In this document: positions 62,617-64,000 of the stretch, piece after piece | How the letters are laid out: each line of letters begins with the position of its first letter | Position numbering within the stretch: position 1 is the stretch's first letter | NCBI GenBank assembly: GCA_043427975.1 | Contig: JBHWTK010000067.1 | Span: 16,523-80,522 of the forward strand | From: Chloroflexia bacterium | Lineage (GTDB): Bacteria > Chloroflexota > Chloroflexia > Thermomicrobiales > UBA6265 | Length of the DNA stretch: 64,000 bases | Reading direction: 5' to 3' | Made by a program: the position numbers and the translations under genes | The notes under the pieces: generated by a model | What the model was told of the DNA's origin: nothing | The model's input: the letters and a program-made list of their open reading frames with translations, nothing else | Databases searched by the model: none

Positions 62617-63285
62617 CTAGTTCTCCGGCGTCGCTGCCGGGGAAGCAACTGGCGAGGCTACCGGTGTACCGGTCAGTCCTGCCGCGGTCGGGAAGAGGAT
62701 CGCGCAGGCCCAGCGATCACCGCTGTTGCCGGATGGATCGGTGGCAAGGTCATCCTCGCCAGCATGGATCACGATTGCGCTGCCATTCTCGCCGGCAAGG
62801 GAGTTCGGCTGGTCGCGCTCCATGGTGAGCTTCTCGGCCAGCACTTCATGCTCGAAATTGCCGTCTCCGTCCGCCTCCAGGTTCCCCAGATCACCAGCGT
62901 GGCTCGGGTCGGCGTTGATATCGCCATGGGTCTCTTCGGTCGGGTTAAAGTGGCCACCAGCAGAATCGAACGCATCGGCGGGGTCGCACACGCCACGCTC
63001 ATGGACGTGAATGCCGTACTTGCCCTCTGCGATGCCGGTGCCATCCTCGCTCTTGATCGAGAACCAGACACCGTTCCCCTCTTCGTCCTGCCACACCTCA
63101 GCCACAGCTACGGTATTGCCTTCAGCGTCGATAAAGGGGACGTCCTGCTTGACGGGCAGATCGGCAATCGGAGTGCCCATGCTGTCCTCAGTAGCCGGAG
63201 TCGATTCCTGCGCCATGGATGCAGCACCACCAAGTACCATCGATGAAGCAAGGATGCCGGATAGCAAGGTTTTGCGAAGTTGCAT
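62617..63285 (-). CDS. sodC: Cu/Zn superoxide dismutase, secreted
   Basis: Start moved to ATG 63285 (signal MQLRKTLLSGILASSMVLGGAASMAQ). Motifs GIHVHERGVC, GGHFNP, HAGDLGN and IVIHAGEDD. Pro/Thr/Ala-rich C-terminal tail ending ATPEN. Confidence 0.9.
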   Translation of the reverse strand: MQLRKTLLSGILASSMVLGGAASMAQESTPATEDSMGTPIADLPVKQDVPFIDAEGNTVAVAEVWQDEEGNGVWFSIKSEDGTGIAEGKYGIHVHERGVCDPADAFDSAGGHFNPTEETHGDINADPSHAGDLGNLEADGDGNFEHEVLAEKLTMERDQPNSLAGENGSAIVIHAGEDDLATDPSGNSGDRWACAILFPTAAGLTGTPVASPVASPAATPEN

Positions 63286-63405
63286 AGCAATTGAGTCCTT
63301 TGCTGAGGCAGAACCAGTTCCCACCATCGTTGGGACCGACAGGGCAAGTCGCGTGCCATGCCGTCGATTCCTGCACCACAGGCGTTAATAGCCTTGGCAC
63401 TCAGG

Positions 63406-63439
63406 CAACGAAAAGCCGCGCCCACAGACAGACGCGGCT
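63406..63439 (-). terminator. Intrinsic terminator after the upstream sodC paralog
   Basis: Minus RNA reads AGCCGCG-loop-CGCGGCU followed by UUUCGUUG. Confidence 0.55.
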
Positions 63440-63473
63440 CCCCGTTGGTGCTGATATCAGCCCGGTCCTGGTC

Positions 63474-64000
63474 CTAGTTGGCAGGCGTCGCCTCAGGCGT
63501 ACCCGTGCCCTCAACCGGCGCGAAGATCACGCCGCAGGCTTCGCGGTCGCCGCTTTCGCCAGACGGATCGGTGGTGAGGTCATCCTCACCGGCATGGATG
63601 ATGATGGCGCTGCCATCTGCATCGTTCAGGGAGTTCTCGGCATCGGGCTGGAGCGTGATCTTCTCCAGCTTCACCTTGTGCTCGAACGAGCCATCATCGT
63701 TGACGGTCATGTTGCCAAGGTCGCCGCCGTGGCTCGGGTCGGCATTGGCATCGCCGTGGGATTCATCCGTAGGGTTGAAATGACCACCGGCCGAATCAAA
63801 CGCGGCATCGTCATCGCACACGCCACTCTCGTGGATATGCACGCCGTGCTGGCCCGGTGAAAGCACGGCCTCGCCGCTGCTCTTGATCACCAGCGTGACG
63901 CCGCTTTCATCCTGCCAGAGGGTGGCATAACCAACAAAGTCGCCATCCACCGTCTTGATCGCCTTGGGTTCAACAGTGATCCGAGTCACGGGCGTGGCGT
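63474..64000 (-). CDS. sodC: Cu/Zn superoxide dismutase paralog, N-terminus off the right window edge
   Basis: Motifs GVHIHESGVC, GGHFNP, HGGDLGN and IIIHAGEDD. The frame stays open to position 64000, so the GTG at 63989 in the track is probably internal. Tail ends ATPAN. Confidence 0.88.
   Translation of the reverse strand, partial: ATPVTRITVEPKAIKTVDGDFVGYATLWQDESGVTLVIKSSGEAVLSPGQHGVHIHESGVCDDDAAFDSAGGHFNPTDESHGDANADPSHGGDLGNMTVNDDGSFEHKVKLEKITLQPDAENSLNDADGSAIIIHAGEDDLTTDPSGESGDREACGVIFAPVEGTGTPEATPAN

Noticed and set aside
62443-63246. 267-aa plus-strand ORF
   Set aside because: Antisense to sodC and to the ABC-F leader. No motifs; a GC-rich artefact.
1-64000. Search for tRNA, rRNA, tmRNA, RNase P, transposase/integrase genes and inverted terminal repeats
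   Set aside because: No T-loop GGTTCGA(A/G)TCC-type sequences in intergenic gaps, no rRNA-like segments, and no DDE/tyrosine recombinase-like ORFs were seen. This was a by-eye scan only, so small RNAs could be missed.

Overview
GC-rich, densely coding bacterial chromosomal segment: about 58 protein genes on both strands, many joined by 1-4 nt start/stop overlaps. I saw no rRNA, tRNA, CRISPR array, transposase or integrase. All calls come from reading the six-frame translations and the DNA by eye; no searches were run. The gene content (hrcA-grpE-dnaK with CIRCE, MglA-like GTPase, Tat-lipoprotein cupredoxins, small two-domain laccase) suggests a high-GC Chloroflexota-like or related lineage, but that is inference only. 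Left to right: (1) heat-shock operon hrcA-grpE-dnaK, with dnaK truncated at the left edge and absent from the ORF track; (2) class II aldolase; (3) a Tat/lipobox protein of six tandem cupredoxin modules; (4) a cell-envelope cluster (polysaccharide deacetylase, MurJ, TagA-family transferase, DUF2207, two L,D-transpeptidases); (5) Fur-family regulator plus metal ABC importer; (6) greA-lysS; (7) acs; (8) mgtE behind a long structured leader; (9) an ABC-2 exporter; (10) purM coupled to an MglA-like GTPase; (11) hflX, lgt, rel; (12) a Usp / NnrS-like / two-domain multicopper oxidase cluster; (13) moeA and a moaD-moaE fusion; (14) an ECF sigma/anti-sigma pair; (15) an ABC-F ATPase; (16) two tandem Cu/Zn superoxide dismutases, the second truncated at the right edge. 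The most interesting non-obvious signal is a pair of apparently paralogous leader elements on the minus strand, upstream of the ABC-F gene and of the ABC-2 exporter. Each has a promoter, an SD-preceded 26-29 codon uORF, an identical in-frame 12-nt motif GGGAGCAGUGUG, and 55-58 nt later an intrinsic terminator. This looks like ribosome-mediated attenuation. Second is the five-copper-centre cupredoxin lipoprotein and a general copper theme (laccase, NnrS-like proteins, two SodC). Several other leader structures, operators, a non-canonical start and small unlisted ORFs are reported with lower confidence.
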